This document shows, piece by piece, positions 25,813-38,200 of a DNA stretch of 64,000 nucleotides. The notes below the pieces were generated by a model that was given only the letters and a program-made list of their open reading frames with translations, was not told the DNA's origin and did not search any database. How positions within the stretch are numbered: the stretch's first letter is position 1; the number at the start of each line of letters is the position of its first letter. Location: NCBI GenBank assembly GCA_964035545.1, contig OZ037765.1:7388698-7452697 (forward strand), given 5' to 3'. This stretch comes from Bugula neritina (lineage: Eukaryota; Animalia; Bryozoa). The position numbers were made by a program, and so were the translations under genes.

Positions 25813-26370
25813 TCACCAAAGCAGTGCAGGAATTCTGGGTGGAACTTTGGAAGTATAGCTTCTTTTAGTGTTTTCTAACTTTGTCACCATGGCAGGTTCG
25901 GGGCCTGTGGGTGTACTTGTCGTCCTAATCTTATCAGCAGACCTTTTGACCGAGGTGGTTGTGAAAGTTTTACCACCTAAGGGACATTCCACTACCTGGT
26001 GCTTGCTACTGTTGCACCACTTGCACTGGGTGTTGCGGCGGCAGACGCTAGACCAGTCACCATGTTCACAGCACTTCTGGCAGAAGTGCCCTGGACAGTT
26101 GGCCGCTATATGGTCCCTCTTAACTCTGCGGAGAATTCCGCTCAATTTGCCTCTGTTGCTATACAGGACCCTTCGAGGTTGGTCATACTTTGTAATGATT
26201 ACTGCAGTAACAGTAATCTCCTTCTCATCCTTTTTCACCTAGTACGACTTGGTGGTCCTTGTACCCACGTCAGAGTTGGTGGTCTCCCTCGTACCACAGG
26301 CTTTTCCCTCTTCCCTTTTTTTCTTCACCTTCCATTCCTGGTCACCCTTTGCTTTTGCCCATTTTTCTAA
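25813..26370 (-). pseudogene. Zinc-knuckle ORF relic, Tx1/L1 ORF1-like or ZCCHC3-like
   Basis: HIAANCP, CQKCCEHGDWSSVC and CKWCNSSKHQVVECP are tandem, partly degenerate CCHC knuckles. In-frame stop upstream and no adjacent ORF2. Confidence 0.6.
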
Positions 26371-28094
26371 AACCTAGTGAAAACAATCAATAGTATACAA
26401 TAGTATAATCATCAAATCTCTTACCTCATTCACCCTATTTATGAGGTCGAGCTGTGGGATTGCTGCAAGTTAAAAAAAAGTTATGTGTTCTCCATCAACA
26501 ACCGCTAACCAAAAATCCGCACCCTGATCAAATTTTCTTAGACAATGACTTTAAATAATGTTTATGTCATACTGTAATATTTTTGGGTGGTGCTTAGGAA
26601 ATATATAAATAGCAATCGGCATGCCTATTACTATTTATCCAAATGAAAGCCTTTTGTGCTTGAATTAAACCTTTTATTGCTTCTTGATGTGTCTTGGGCA
26701 AGCTCCAGTAGTTGACCGAAAAATACTGGCAACCTGCCCTCTTATATACAGGGAAAAATCCTCCTTCTGAAGTTGGGCTGAATGAAGTTTGGAGTTCCGG
26801 TGCCGAAATTGTCCGACGCTAGAACAAAATCCCGCTTCCTAAACTTCGAAACTGCCGAACTTCAGCCGAAAGTCGGCTCACATAAAATATCCAGAATGAT
26901 ACAAAAAGAAGTGGAAGGGGAAAGACAACTCGTAAAACAACAAACATCTATTTATGTGACTTGCAAAGCTACTGCAATACTAGCTAGCCAGCTTTCCTAC
27001 CCTCTCTCCTTTTTCCTTATTCTGATTATTTGGACAGAAATGAAAGCAAGATATTGTCAATGCTTTGAAGTCTTATTTGAATGAAGAAATTAAGATGTCT
27101 ACAAAATTATAAAATGACATCAAAACATGTCACAAGATTCTCAATTATTTTGATAAAAAAAAGTTGTACATCTTCTAAATTCCATATTCCAATTGTTGAG
27201 GAAAAGAGGCAAATCGTTTTTCATAGGGTGTGATGATTATTAGTCAAATTTTTGTATATAATATTATCACGCTCAAAAGGGCAATGCTTGCTTTTCAAGT
27301 TTCATTTTATTTGTATCAATTTTCATTGTGGGTGTAGCTTCTCAACATTACTTTTTTTTGAAACAGCCAAAAAATAATTGTTGAAGTTGGCATTCAACTG
27401 CTTTTGGCATCGGTAACCATTTATGACTCTCTTCAGCATAGTTCATCACATAATTTTTTAATAAAAGGATTCTTTCATTGTACCATTAGAAATAAATATG
27501 TGCTGGCTTTTGTGTGATTTTAATTCTCGTTCATTTTATTTAATAAAAAGTGAAGTTTGAAATTGAGTTTGAGTTTTAGTCTCAGATACATTACCAAGTT
27601 TTTTTTCTGAATTGAATACATCAAAAGCATTGAAGGTTCAATTCCTTCAGTTGCAACAAAGGCATCTTGGCTGGGCCGTGCTTTTTGATGACCATAGTAC
27701 TAGTGGAATCGATTGAGAGTCATTGCATTATAGCTATTGGGTGCTCCTATTATTTATAGTTATCAATCAATGAAGATAATTTAATATGAACACTGACATT
27801 TTTTATGTCATCAGTGGGTTTTTGACTTTACTGAGGCAAATCACTCTTTGGATGTGGATTTTTCTAGCGATTGTATGCGTTTTGCTATATAGATGAATGC
27901 AAATATTATTATTCCATTTTGCTTCAATCCCTTCCCATTCACAATACTGAGATATCATCTTCACGTGATATTTTCACTCAACTAAATTGACCATATTTAT
28001 TTATAAAACTGTATATTCTCACCGCTTCCCCCCAAATATGTTGTAGTCTTTGCAGGTTTGTTTGTTTGTATTTTTCATCAAATAGTAGTTTATG

Positions 28095-31077
28095 TCATAG
28101 GTTGAAAAATAGAAAAAAATCAGTGATGAGGGTCCATATGCACAATAGCGAAGCTAGTCGAGGTGCTGGACCCAGAGGTAGCAGCCAGCAGAGCCCGCGT
28201 GACGCGGACCCTAAATCAGTGTCAAGCAGGAACTGCTTCAAGGCCACCGCAAACTCACTCCTACTTCGTATCTCCCTCAGATGTTTTGGGAGGGAGTTCC
28301 AGGCATCAGCCATCTGATCGGTAACCTGTCTATGGCCACACGCAGTAGTGGAGAGTGGCAAGGGGAGACTGAGAGGAGCATATCTGGTTGGGTAGGGAGG
28401 AAGGTAGTTAGATGCTAGGCGTAACGAAAATTCAGAATGGGCGAGTAGACAAATTCGAAGTTTATAGAGTTCATAAATTGGTAATATTTTAGATTCTTTA
28501 TATAAAGGTGCTGCGTGAAATCGAGGTGGTTTGTGAAAAATTATACGAAGTAGTCTATTTTGAATAGTTAAAATTTTATCTAGGTAAATGGATGGGGCAT
28601 TGCCACAGGCTTCTAAGCAGTATACAATTTTACTATTTATTAGGCTATTATATAATAGAATTAAAACTTTGCGAGGTAGGAAGGTGGAAGCTACATAGAT
28701 CAGTCCCAGATTTTGGCGGAGTGTATTTCGAAGGTTTTCAATATGGGTAGCCCAATTTAAATTTTTATCAATTGTGATTCCTAGAAATTTGATTGATTCT
28801 ACATTGTTAATTTCGGTGTTGTTTATAAAAAGAGGTTGGGAGATATGAAATTTATTTTGCGGATTCTTAATAATAATGAAAATTTGTCTTTTCGATGTTG
28901 AGGGTTAATTTGTTTGTGAAGCACCAGATCTTTATTCTTTCAAGATTTCTATTTATTGTTTAAATTTCGTCATTAAGATTTTTGCTATGAAAAAAAAGAT
29001 TTGTGTCATCGGCAAATAAGATGGTTTTTTAGAATTGCGCACTTTTAAATAAGTCATTTATATATACTCGGAATGATGTAGGACCTAAAATCGAACCTTG
29101 CGGTACCCCACAACTGCTCTCTAGTGGAGCTGAGATAACATTGTTTAGGAAAACGCATTGAGTTCGGTCACTTAAATAGTGCTGTATTAGTTTGACAGAC
29201 TCGTTAGAAAAATTTACACTACCCTGTTTTTTAGTGAGAATATGGTGGTCTATTGTATCGAAAGCTTTTGAAAAGTCTATAAAAATTCTAAGGACAACCA
29301 AACTCGAGTTTAGGGCGGAAACCGCATTAAAAGCAAATTTAATCAGGGCATCGTGAGTTCCCTTCAATTTTTGGAATCCTTATTGGGAGCTTGATATTAT
29401 TTGTTCATCATACAAATGATTTTGAATTTGGGTGTTGATAACTTTCTCGTAAATCTTTGAAAAAATAGGTAGGATCGATATCGGTCTATAATTATTTAAA
29501 GATAACTTATTTCCTTTATGTTTGTATATAGGCAAAACTTTGGCGCTTTTCATTTTAGATGGTACGATACAGCTGAGGGTAGAGTTGTTTATTATGCGTG
29601 TGAAAGGGGCCGCAAGAAAATCAGCACTATCTTTGACTAGTCTAGGAGCAATTCCATCTAGGCCTTCCGCTTTGTGCTCATTTATATTTTTCATCTGCTT
29701 TAAAACATCATCCACATCAACAATTGAAAATTCAAATTTTTTAAAGTCTTTTGTGAAGTGTGTTGCAGGGCTACTACATATTTCCGGGATTTTTTTAGCT
29801 AGACTGGAGCCAATTTCAGTAAAATATTTGTTAAAAGAATAAGCTATTTCTTTAGAATTTGTGACAACGCTTGAATCTGGTAGCTGGATTTTATTGAGAG
29901 CTTGTTTTGGCTTGTTTTTACGGCCTAAAGCTGTGTTGATGGTGTTCCACAGCTTTCTGGGATCTGATGATTGTTTTGATATTACAAGCTCATAATAATT
30001 TGCCTTGGCTTCTTTTATCAAGCGGGAAACTTTGTTGCGCTTTTTTACATAACAAGACTTCAGTTTAGGGCTGAACGGAAATGATTTATGCTTATTAAAA
30101 AGTACATTTTTTTTCTTGATATGCTTCAACAGATTAGGCGTCATCCAGGGGTTTTTGTACAGTGTTTTGACACTTGGGTCATGCTCCACAATTGGAGCAA
30201 CAGAGTTAAACACTTTGGAGGTTTTTGCTAAAAAGTTATTGTAAGCTGTTTCAACACATGGAATGCTAAAAACCAGCTCTTCCCAATTTGTTTTCCCAAG
30301 TATTTCATGTAATTTTTTTGGTTTATATTTTTTATAACACCTCTTATATACTTGTGTAGACTTTTGATTTTCAAATTTGTCAAAAATGGCGAATACAGGA
30401 AGGTGATCTGACGTGTCTTTTAGAATAGTTCCAGATGTGCTATTGTGAGAGTAGAAATTAACTAGGATGTGATCGATACATGTTTGAGAAGTTTCTGAAA
30501 TGCGAGTGGGAACAGTAATCAGGTTGTAAAAGTTATATTGGTGAATGATATCAAGGTAGTCGGCTGAATTAGGACTGAAGGTGTTAATGTTAAGGTCACC
30601 AGTGATGATATGATCATGCCTCTCTATTTCCCGGGTGGCCATATACAGGTTTAGATCTGTAAGAAACCTACCGACATCCGACCCTGGAGAACGATAGATA
30701 GATGTAAGAATGAGCGACCTCGCACCAGTCCCAGCAATCCTCAACGACACAACCTCTGGCCAGCGAGCTCCACTGGAAACATCTCCGTGACCGCCAGGCT
30801 ATTATGCACGTAGACCCCGCGCCTCCACATCTAGTAGGACGACTTTCACCTACAAATACATAATTGGGAATCGGAAAGAGTGTTGGTAGTCATATAAAAA
30901 AGTTTCACTTGAGCATATAATGTGAAAAGGGGATTTGATTTCTGACAACAGTTCAAGAAGATGATTAAAGTTTTTTTTGATGCTGCAAATATTACAATGT
31001 ATAATACGAAAACCTTTACTTATATTGTTATTAAATGAATCAACAGTATAACTCATACAGTCAGGAATAGCAGCCAT
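28095..31077 (-). pseudogene. LINE ORF2 (APE endonuclease + reverse transcriptase) with premature stops and frameshifts
   Basis: Motifs IIHCNICS, SETFL, GDLNIN, TCIDHI, SDHLPVF, NYRPISILP, FIDFSKAFDTIDH, GVPQGSILGP, LFADDT and WNSLP. In-frame stops at 29380-29382 and 29029-29031, plus frameshifts near 30850-30750 and 28900. Confidence 0.92.
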
Positions 31078-31131
31078 ATCGAACAAAAAATTTTTTACAA
31101 CTTTTTAAGAAAGATTAGTTGATTACGGCTT

Positions 31132-31836
31132 CTAGCTGCTATTCTTTAATGCAATCAATTCACATTCATTTTTTATGCGGATAGCATTTGAGTTTTGATC
31201 TTCACGTATATAAACTTTCTGGTGTACAGTCCATACAAATTTGTACTGAAATTCTTCCTTAAGCTTTCTAGCCTTGTAAAACAGATTATGGGTTTCAAAA
31301 GAGAGAAGTTCATTTACATATACTTTGTAAGAACAATTCCGGAATCCTAAGGAGGCTGCAGTGATATCGTGCTTCTCTTTAAAAGCAGATAAGAAAGCAT
31401 CTCTTTTGTGGCTTTGCATAAAACGGATAACAATAGATTTCTTGCTTTTTTTTCGATAGGCTAGGTCAATGTTGTTATTGTCCATAGATATCGTTTTCAG
31501 CTCAGCCAATTTAAGCACAATATCATTAAGCTTTTCCTCAGAATCGTGAGGTATGCCTTGGATCTCGATTGATTTTTGCAAAGAGTTTAGTTCAAGATTG
31601 TGAACTTTTTTTACTGTCGACGGGAATTCTCTTCTTAATACTTTGACTTTGTCCTTGAGTTCACCAACCTCTTCTGTGTGGTACTCCAAACTGTGCTCGA
31701 TGCTATTTACTTTTGTCTCAACGGTTTCGATTCTTTTGTTAATAGATTTCAGTCCGGCAAGGATTTGTTGAAACATTGCTGTAGTGTCGGTTTCAGCCTC
31801 TGAGCCAGTTCGTTGCTTTCCCTTTGGAGGAGCCAT
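31132..31836 (-). CDS. LINE ORF1 protein (234 aa; coiled coil, RRM-like region and C-terminal domain)
   Basis: Heptad-rich N-terminal half, SIEIQGIP, VYVNELLS and YKFVWT..KVYIRE motifs typical of CR1/L2-group ORF1. Lies directly upstream of ORF2. Confidence 0.88.
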   Translation of the reverse strand: MAPPKGKQRTGSEAETDTTAMFQQILAGLKSINKRIETVETKVNSIEHSLEYHTEEVGELKDKVKVLRREFPSTVKKVHNLELNSLQKSIEIQGIPHDSEEKLNDIVLKLAELKTISMDNNNIDLAYRKKSKKSIVIRFMQSHKRDAFLSAFKEKHDITAASLGFRNCSYKVYVNELLSFETHNLFYKARKLKEEFQYKFVWTVHQKVYIREDQNSNAIRIKNECELIALKNSS

Positions 31837-32077
31837 ATTAGCATGTAATAGACACTTACCCAGTTTGGGGGTGGTTCATAGAGATCTCTCCACCCCCGTC
31901 ACTATCCAGGCTTGAAGGCGGTATCCAGCAGTATTCTTGATATAACGGGGTTCTGCATAGCCAACTCATCAAGAATGGGGTCCTTTTACTTAATTTAGTA
32001 CACACTGGAAATCTCCAGTTTTTAGCTATTTTTTACAATTTAGCTGGTAATGAACATGGGTTTTTGTCCAAACTAGC

Positions 32078-32294
32078 AAAATATCAATAAATACACCTAA
32101 ATAATCAAGGCTCTTCTTAATTTTGCTTGATTTCTCATGCTTTTTCCCATTTATTTAGCTAATTTGGATTGCGGACTGTTACGGTTTTTTCGTAACGGTC
32201 CGCAATCCAAAGTAGCTGAATAATTAGAAAAACATGGGAAATCAAGCAAAATTAAGAAGAGCCTTGATTATTTAGGTGTATTTATTGATATTTT
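32078..32294. repeat. 217-bp inverted repeat (arms about 105 bp, 7-nt loop) at the LINE 5' end
   Basis: 32078-32183 is the reverse complement of 32191-32294. The outer about 57 bp are perfect and the inner part has about 8 differences. Confidence 0.95.
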
Positions 32295-35200
32295 CATATT
32301 CAACCTTATAGTATTCATCCACTGGTGTGTCTTATCTTCAGCACTGTTGATTCTCTCATGTCCTCTTTGTCTTCTCGTAAACATGCCCATACTATTTCAG
32401 CCCCATCTTCCTCATTAACACAGAACTATAAAAGGAGGTGCATTTGGAATAATATATTAAGTGCTTTAAGTTGCAAATGGTGAATTAATTAAATTATAGA
32501 TTAAGCTTTGTTGCAGATAAATACTAAGTAAAAAAGATGAATATGTCATTTAAAATATTTGTAATTAGCCATTTTACCCATATGCTTGTGATGGAACAGT
32601 AACCAAGAATTAACTTGAAAGCAGCTAAATTCTGAAATTCAGTATGATGCATAGTTGAAGAAAAGGTTTCATAATGATGCCACGAGTGGTTGCTTTTTCT
32701 ACTCTGAATGAAAAATTTTTTTTGAACGCTTGGACATTCTATTCTGTTGTGCTAAAAATTATGCATTAATAATTTAAAATTTCTATATATAATGTTTTCA
32801 TTAAACTATAAAATGTAGTTGTGGATCAGCATATTATTTAGAGCTTTCCACACTGTCATTGTACTGGTAGGAGTTGTTTCATCAAGTATATAATATGTTT
32901 TACTTGTCACGATTTCGCTATGTTTAATTTATATGCCACGTGTAATTAAAGAGGAGACAATTGATCGAATGAGGTGTGTATAAGTATCAAAACTCATAGC
33001 CTTAATTTATTGTACCCTGGCACTCAAAACTACAATGTTTTGCAGCATCAACTCGAAAGTTGTAAATGCTAAGTGAAATTACACTTTTAAGTTATCCGTT
33101 TTATTTTGCCAAACTTTCTCAACTACACCAGCCTATCTTCTAGTGTTTCGGTAACTAGTCCATCATTAAATTGCCGGTTGACTGTTGACAGGCTGATGTA
33201 GCTTTCTGTCGATTGTTTATTATTTAGACGAGGCCTTTTCTTAAGAAAGGACAATACAACACAATGAAGGCTGCAGTCTCAAGCGACCTTGTCTAAAGGT
33301 TGTGGTTAGCCGAGGGTAGTGTTGATGGGCATTTGAAGTAATTATTACTGCTCTGTGATGACATGTTGTAAATTATTAATTCTTCCAGATGGATCAATTG
33401 AATACTCAAACATTTAATTAATTTTGGCCTTGTCAATTTAAGAAAAAATGTTGAAAATAAGTAGATCAAATCTTATTTCTTATTTCATTTGTTGGAGCTC
33501 CATTTTTGGTGTTATAGACTTACAGAAGTGGACAGATCTCGCCAGACAAGATCATTATATGACTTGTTGAATGCTGTTTTGCATGAGATGTACGCATCCT
33601 ATGAACTGGACCCGGTACACCTTTTCAAGTAACTCACTAAACAATATTTCTACATTGGAAGAAATCATAACTGTGGGGTTCCTGTTTTTTAAATTGGGTC
33701 TTAGTTTGTTTACAATAATATTGTTCGTTTGTGATGCGTTTATATAACTCCTCTTTTTTTGCTAATTTTTTCACAGCAGAACAATTTGCCCTCTATATCA
33801 TACTTTATATAAATACATAGGGTATATTATCAGTTGCTATTATTATTAACATTTTCTTAGCAAAAAATTTATCATTTCCGTAGATAAGATATTAGTGAAA
33901 TTACTTCTCACATTCTTATTTTGTTTTTATGGCAGCTTTGAGAAGCTCAGAATGTTACTAGAAGCTTTTTAGACATCACATAATTTCTGTTTCTATAATT
34001 GTACCCATTAAATATAATTATGTCAGTTGATCATTAAAATTTACGAGGTTTTAAAGTGCTAATGCGTAAATATTTTACTCTAAAGTTGTTGCCGCCAAAT
34101 ATGTCGCCATTTGTATTAGTTTTCTGTAAAAATTGTCATCCAAAATACAAAATTTTGTTTGCGGTGGCCCATTGGCCGCCGTCAAACCTGTCTACTTCAG
34201 TTTATAGGCGCTAAAGTCGTAGAAAAACTATAATAACTTGTTTCAAAGGCTGAGCATATTTCACATAATCTTGTCTTCTACTGGGTAATGCTGGCATTGT
34301 GTAATTGAGCGACAACCAATAGCATGCAGCGTCACAGCTGTCATAATCTATATAATATTCAGACAACCTCAATCAAGGTCACTAACTATAAGCCTGCCGC
34401 CATCTTTTTATTATGAGCGTTGTGTATTGTAGTTAGTGAAAACCACTAAGTAGAGCTTGGGGTGTGGAATAGTCCTTGATCACTAACTAGGTTTCGTCTT
34501 ATTTTACAAACACAGGTGTATCTAAAGTGTCTAAATGGAATATTTGAAGCTGGTAAGTATATGCTGCTACTTGCAAATATGGTAATCTAAAAGTAATGGT
34601 TGGGTGACTTGAAATATAACATTAACATTAGATAGATAACAGTAACAGTGAACATATATGGTATGTGCTGGTGATACATCAACGTTAGGCTCAGCTGCTT
34701 TTATCACTGGAATGATAGACAAGCTAACTGGTTCTTTGTTATAAATGTACTTGAAGTGTGTCATTGGTATGTCTGGGATTGATTAGATGAGGTTTACTCC
34801 CTACAGATTTGGTCTAGACAGCAAATTTAGAACTGTGTTTACTTCTATCGGCCCATTAGACGGGGATGTGGGCTACAAGCATCAGGCTTGGCTGTGTTGC
34901 AGGACTGTTTTCACAGTGAGTATTGCTTAGTTCTGGCTCTCAACTCAATGCTGTCTCTTACTTATAATTTACCACCTGTAAATGTATGATTTCTTACTCT
35001 TAGTTTAGTAGTACATTAGACTTAGTAGTAGTAGTACTGGCAGTCTATATTCAGGTAAGGCATTACTTGCACTACTATTGAATTAATGTTAGTATAAAGC
35101 AGTTATTCATATTGATTGTGTATGTGAAGCCTCTACTAGTGACCTCTACTACTCTCACTGAATAAGACTAGAAGAAAAGCAAAGGTAGGAAGTAAAGTGT

Positions 35201-38200
35201 AAACATTTGAATCTGTGGGGGTGGTTGTAGTCTAATTATTTTTAAGCATCTATTCCTAAGGAATAATTGCTTGGGCTAAAATTCTGACAAATTATTGTTA
35301 TCTTTGCAATTGTCACATTGCTCATTATCTCTACCTCATCATTTGGACATTAATACAGTCAAGTCTTTATATATTTGTTTTATATTCGTAATAATAATGA
35401 TTATTACAGTTGCATCAGTCTGGCATTGTTAACTGTTAAGTATAATAAAAAAGTATTACATTATAGTTGTATTGATGAAATTTATGCACTCTTAATAGAT
35501 ACAGCATTTTGTTCAATTAAATTATTAACTGATAAAATCTTTGTTGCACATGATTGGATATGGATGACCAGGCAACTGCAATTCTTAGCCTCAATTTCCT
35601 TAGTCTGCCAAGGATTAGTATAGTAAGTTGGTACTTATGAAATGTAACTGGATAGTCAACTTAATAACAGTCTAGACAGAGTTTCAGCTGCTGATGTGTG
35701 AACATGACAGCAAAATGGTGGTGTACTGATTGCAAATATGTCCAAATATACTCTAGTTACCTATTTATTTATTCTATTGCATGTTTCTGAATAATTTACT
35801 TGCTTGATGCAACATGTAATGTAAATATCTGCACACAGCATTGTGAACTGACTAGGTAGGACTGCAGTTGATACGTCACACCTAATTTAAAGATTTAATT
35901 TCTACTACTTCCTTGGTCAGATTTTGTATCTTATAGGAAAGAAGAGTTTTCTTAAGTTGCTTTGAAAACAGTGTCTCTCTCTTAAGTTTTATAACTAGTC
36001 GATGTTTGTAATTTAATCAAACTGATGAAAGACTTAGCTTTTGATTTATATTGAAATTGTATGAAAAGACTCACAGAACCCTGATAAAAGTTCCAATTAT
36101 AGGCATAGTCAATTTTACTGTAAATGTTTTGGAAAAGCTCTAATAGGCTTATATTATTATGAGTGGTATAATCATATATGTTTGGTATGGTCTTAGATTT
36201 CTTTATACCACAAAATCTTTTAATACTCATGAATAATATTTATGAATTATAGCTCAAATGCTTTATCATTTTCATGAAGGTTTTTACACAATATTCAAAT
36301 TATTTTCACCATTGAACTTGGCAGAGTTCTGGTATATTCACAGACCATCAATGCATTTACGGATCAACAGGAAAGGGATTTCGTCATGTCTATTCTAGGA
36401 ATCGCTCAGAATCACACAAAAATGTCTGGTAGTCTCTGTACTGGCATTTATCTAAACCTGGGTAAGCACATAGTTCATGTAAACAAATCTCATTTTGTTT
36501 GTGCGGTTCGGCTTAGGTTTGTTAGTTGTTACATGTAAATAACCAAGTTCAGATGGGAGGGCAACTTCTTACATGACAGTTATTTGGTATATACGCACAT
36601 AGTATTCTGACTACTGAAAAGCAGTTTTTGAAACTTGATGTTTTGTAAAACAAATGCTTGATAATTGTTTAACTTGTTCATAAATGGTATGATAGTTGAA
36701 ATATTTGTGTGTTTTGCTCACTGTTTTTTCTATTCATATAACAGATGAGGTCACAGTTGGTAGTTTAAAACACAGATATTTGTTATCTATTAGCCTTAAA
36801 GTAGTAAAGTTTGCAAATTTATTTAAAAAACAATTATAGTTATATGCAATTTTATTACAATAATTCAACCATAATATACCTGGTTAAAGTTATGTCCCCC
36901 CAAAAGTGCCACTAAGTGCATTAGCTGTAATTTGCAAATTAAGACATTTGGGTTCTTTATTTCCAACATTTAATTTATATATTTCAGTTTGAAATGCAGG
37001 CTGTCAATATAGCAAAGACATACCTTGAAAAGTGTTCAGATGGGTTATCGACAAAATTTAACCATTTATAAAATTAAAATAGGACTTTTTCCAATGCTAC
37101 ACTATTTGCCCATCCGGTAACCAAAATCACCCCACATCTTACTGCATTTATAGAAGCCACAATAATTCACCATTCTTTCTACTACAGTAGATTTCCATTT
37201 AAGTTACAAGGTAGCGCAGTGTAGCGCCAAGGACCAATAGGTTACAAAACGCATAGCTAAGAACTGTCAGCTTAACTTGTGTCAAAACATTGATAACAGC
37301 CTGTCTAGTTGAAAGACAGGGATACAACTTTGTATCTTCTTAGTTTGTTACAACTTTAGCGCTCAGAAGCTTCAAATTGTTTTTCAAATACTGTTTTATA
37401 TAATAAATGTGAAAATTTATAATTTTAGAATTGTTTTCTATAAAATTTACAGTTACAGTTACATGTACTAATCATAGGAAATGATGATCCAGACAGTATG
37501 TTGTTGTCATGGAAATTGTGACCGCTAATACTGCTAATTTTAGTTTGCCAGCCAAACCAAAATGGCGGTAGCTATAAGAGCCGCGATCATTTTTGCCGGC
37601 CACATGTGGTACCGATTTCATCATCGTATTTGAAAAGTGTTCAAATTGGTTAGAAACAAAAACTACTTATTTCAACATTTAATCAACTTCAATATTGAAA
37701 CAGTCAAACAATACTTAATGCTTCTCAAGTAGCTCGACTTGTCTTGAGTAACTTAACTTGACTTAACTTAAATTGTAGCTTGTACATTTTTTCTATTGAT
37801 TTTATTCATAATAACCTAATATTTTAAGCCTAGAATTGGTTTGAACACTTTAAATAAGGAAAATACCAAGAACCTCTCTATTTACTAATATGTAGCATTT
37901 TGTAATAAATTGTGTAATTTGCCTAATAAATATGCAATTTAATGAAGGAAATATTGTATATTATATGTTGAAATTGTACTTACATATACTAAAATGTTTG
38001 TCTTTCTTATCTACATAACAGATTTTATGTAAATATAACTGCTCCTATCTATATTTGAAACTAAAAAATATGCATGTTAACTTTCAAACCACCTGCTGTC
38101 AATAATGTTTGACTAATTGTATTATGATTTTTGCTTGCAAGTGCCAGTTGATGGAAAATACTTTTATGGATCCAGGTAGGGATGGACCTAAACTTGAATC

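Larger units (their letters stand above)
17144..25850. repeat. Diverged tandem segmental duplication (copy 1 about 17144-23032, copy 2 about 23150-25850)
   Basis: Colinear shared blocks: 17144-18556 vs 23150-24808; 21356-21835 vs 24836-25293; 22201-22635 vs 25294-25722; 22909-23032 vs 25727-25850. Confidence 0.9.
28055..32294 (-). mobile_element. Near full-length CR1/L2-group non-LTR retrotransposon (ORF1 intact, ORF2 disrupted)
   Basis: ORF1 followed by an APE endonuclease and RT on the minus strand. 3' tail of ACAA repeats at 28055-28069. 5' UTR ends in a foldback at 32294. Confidence 0.93.

Noticed and set aside
32906-33090. Possible LTR end (TGTCACGA...)
   Set aside because: No matching opposite terminus or TSD could be identified.
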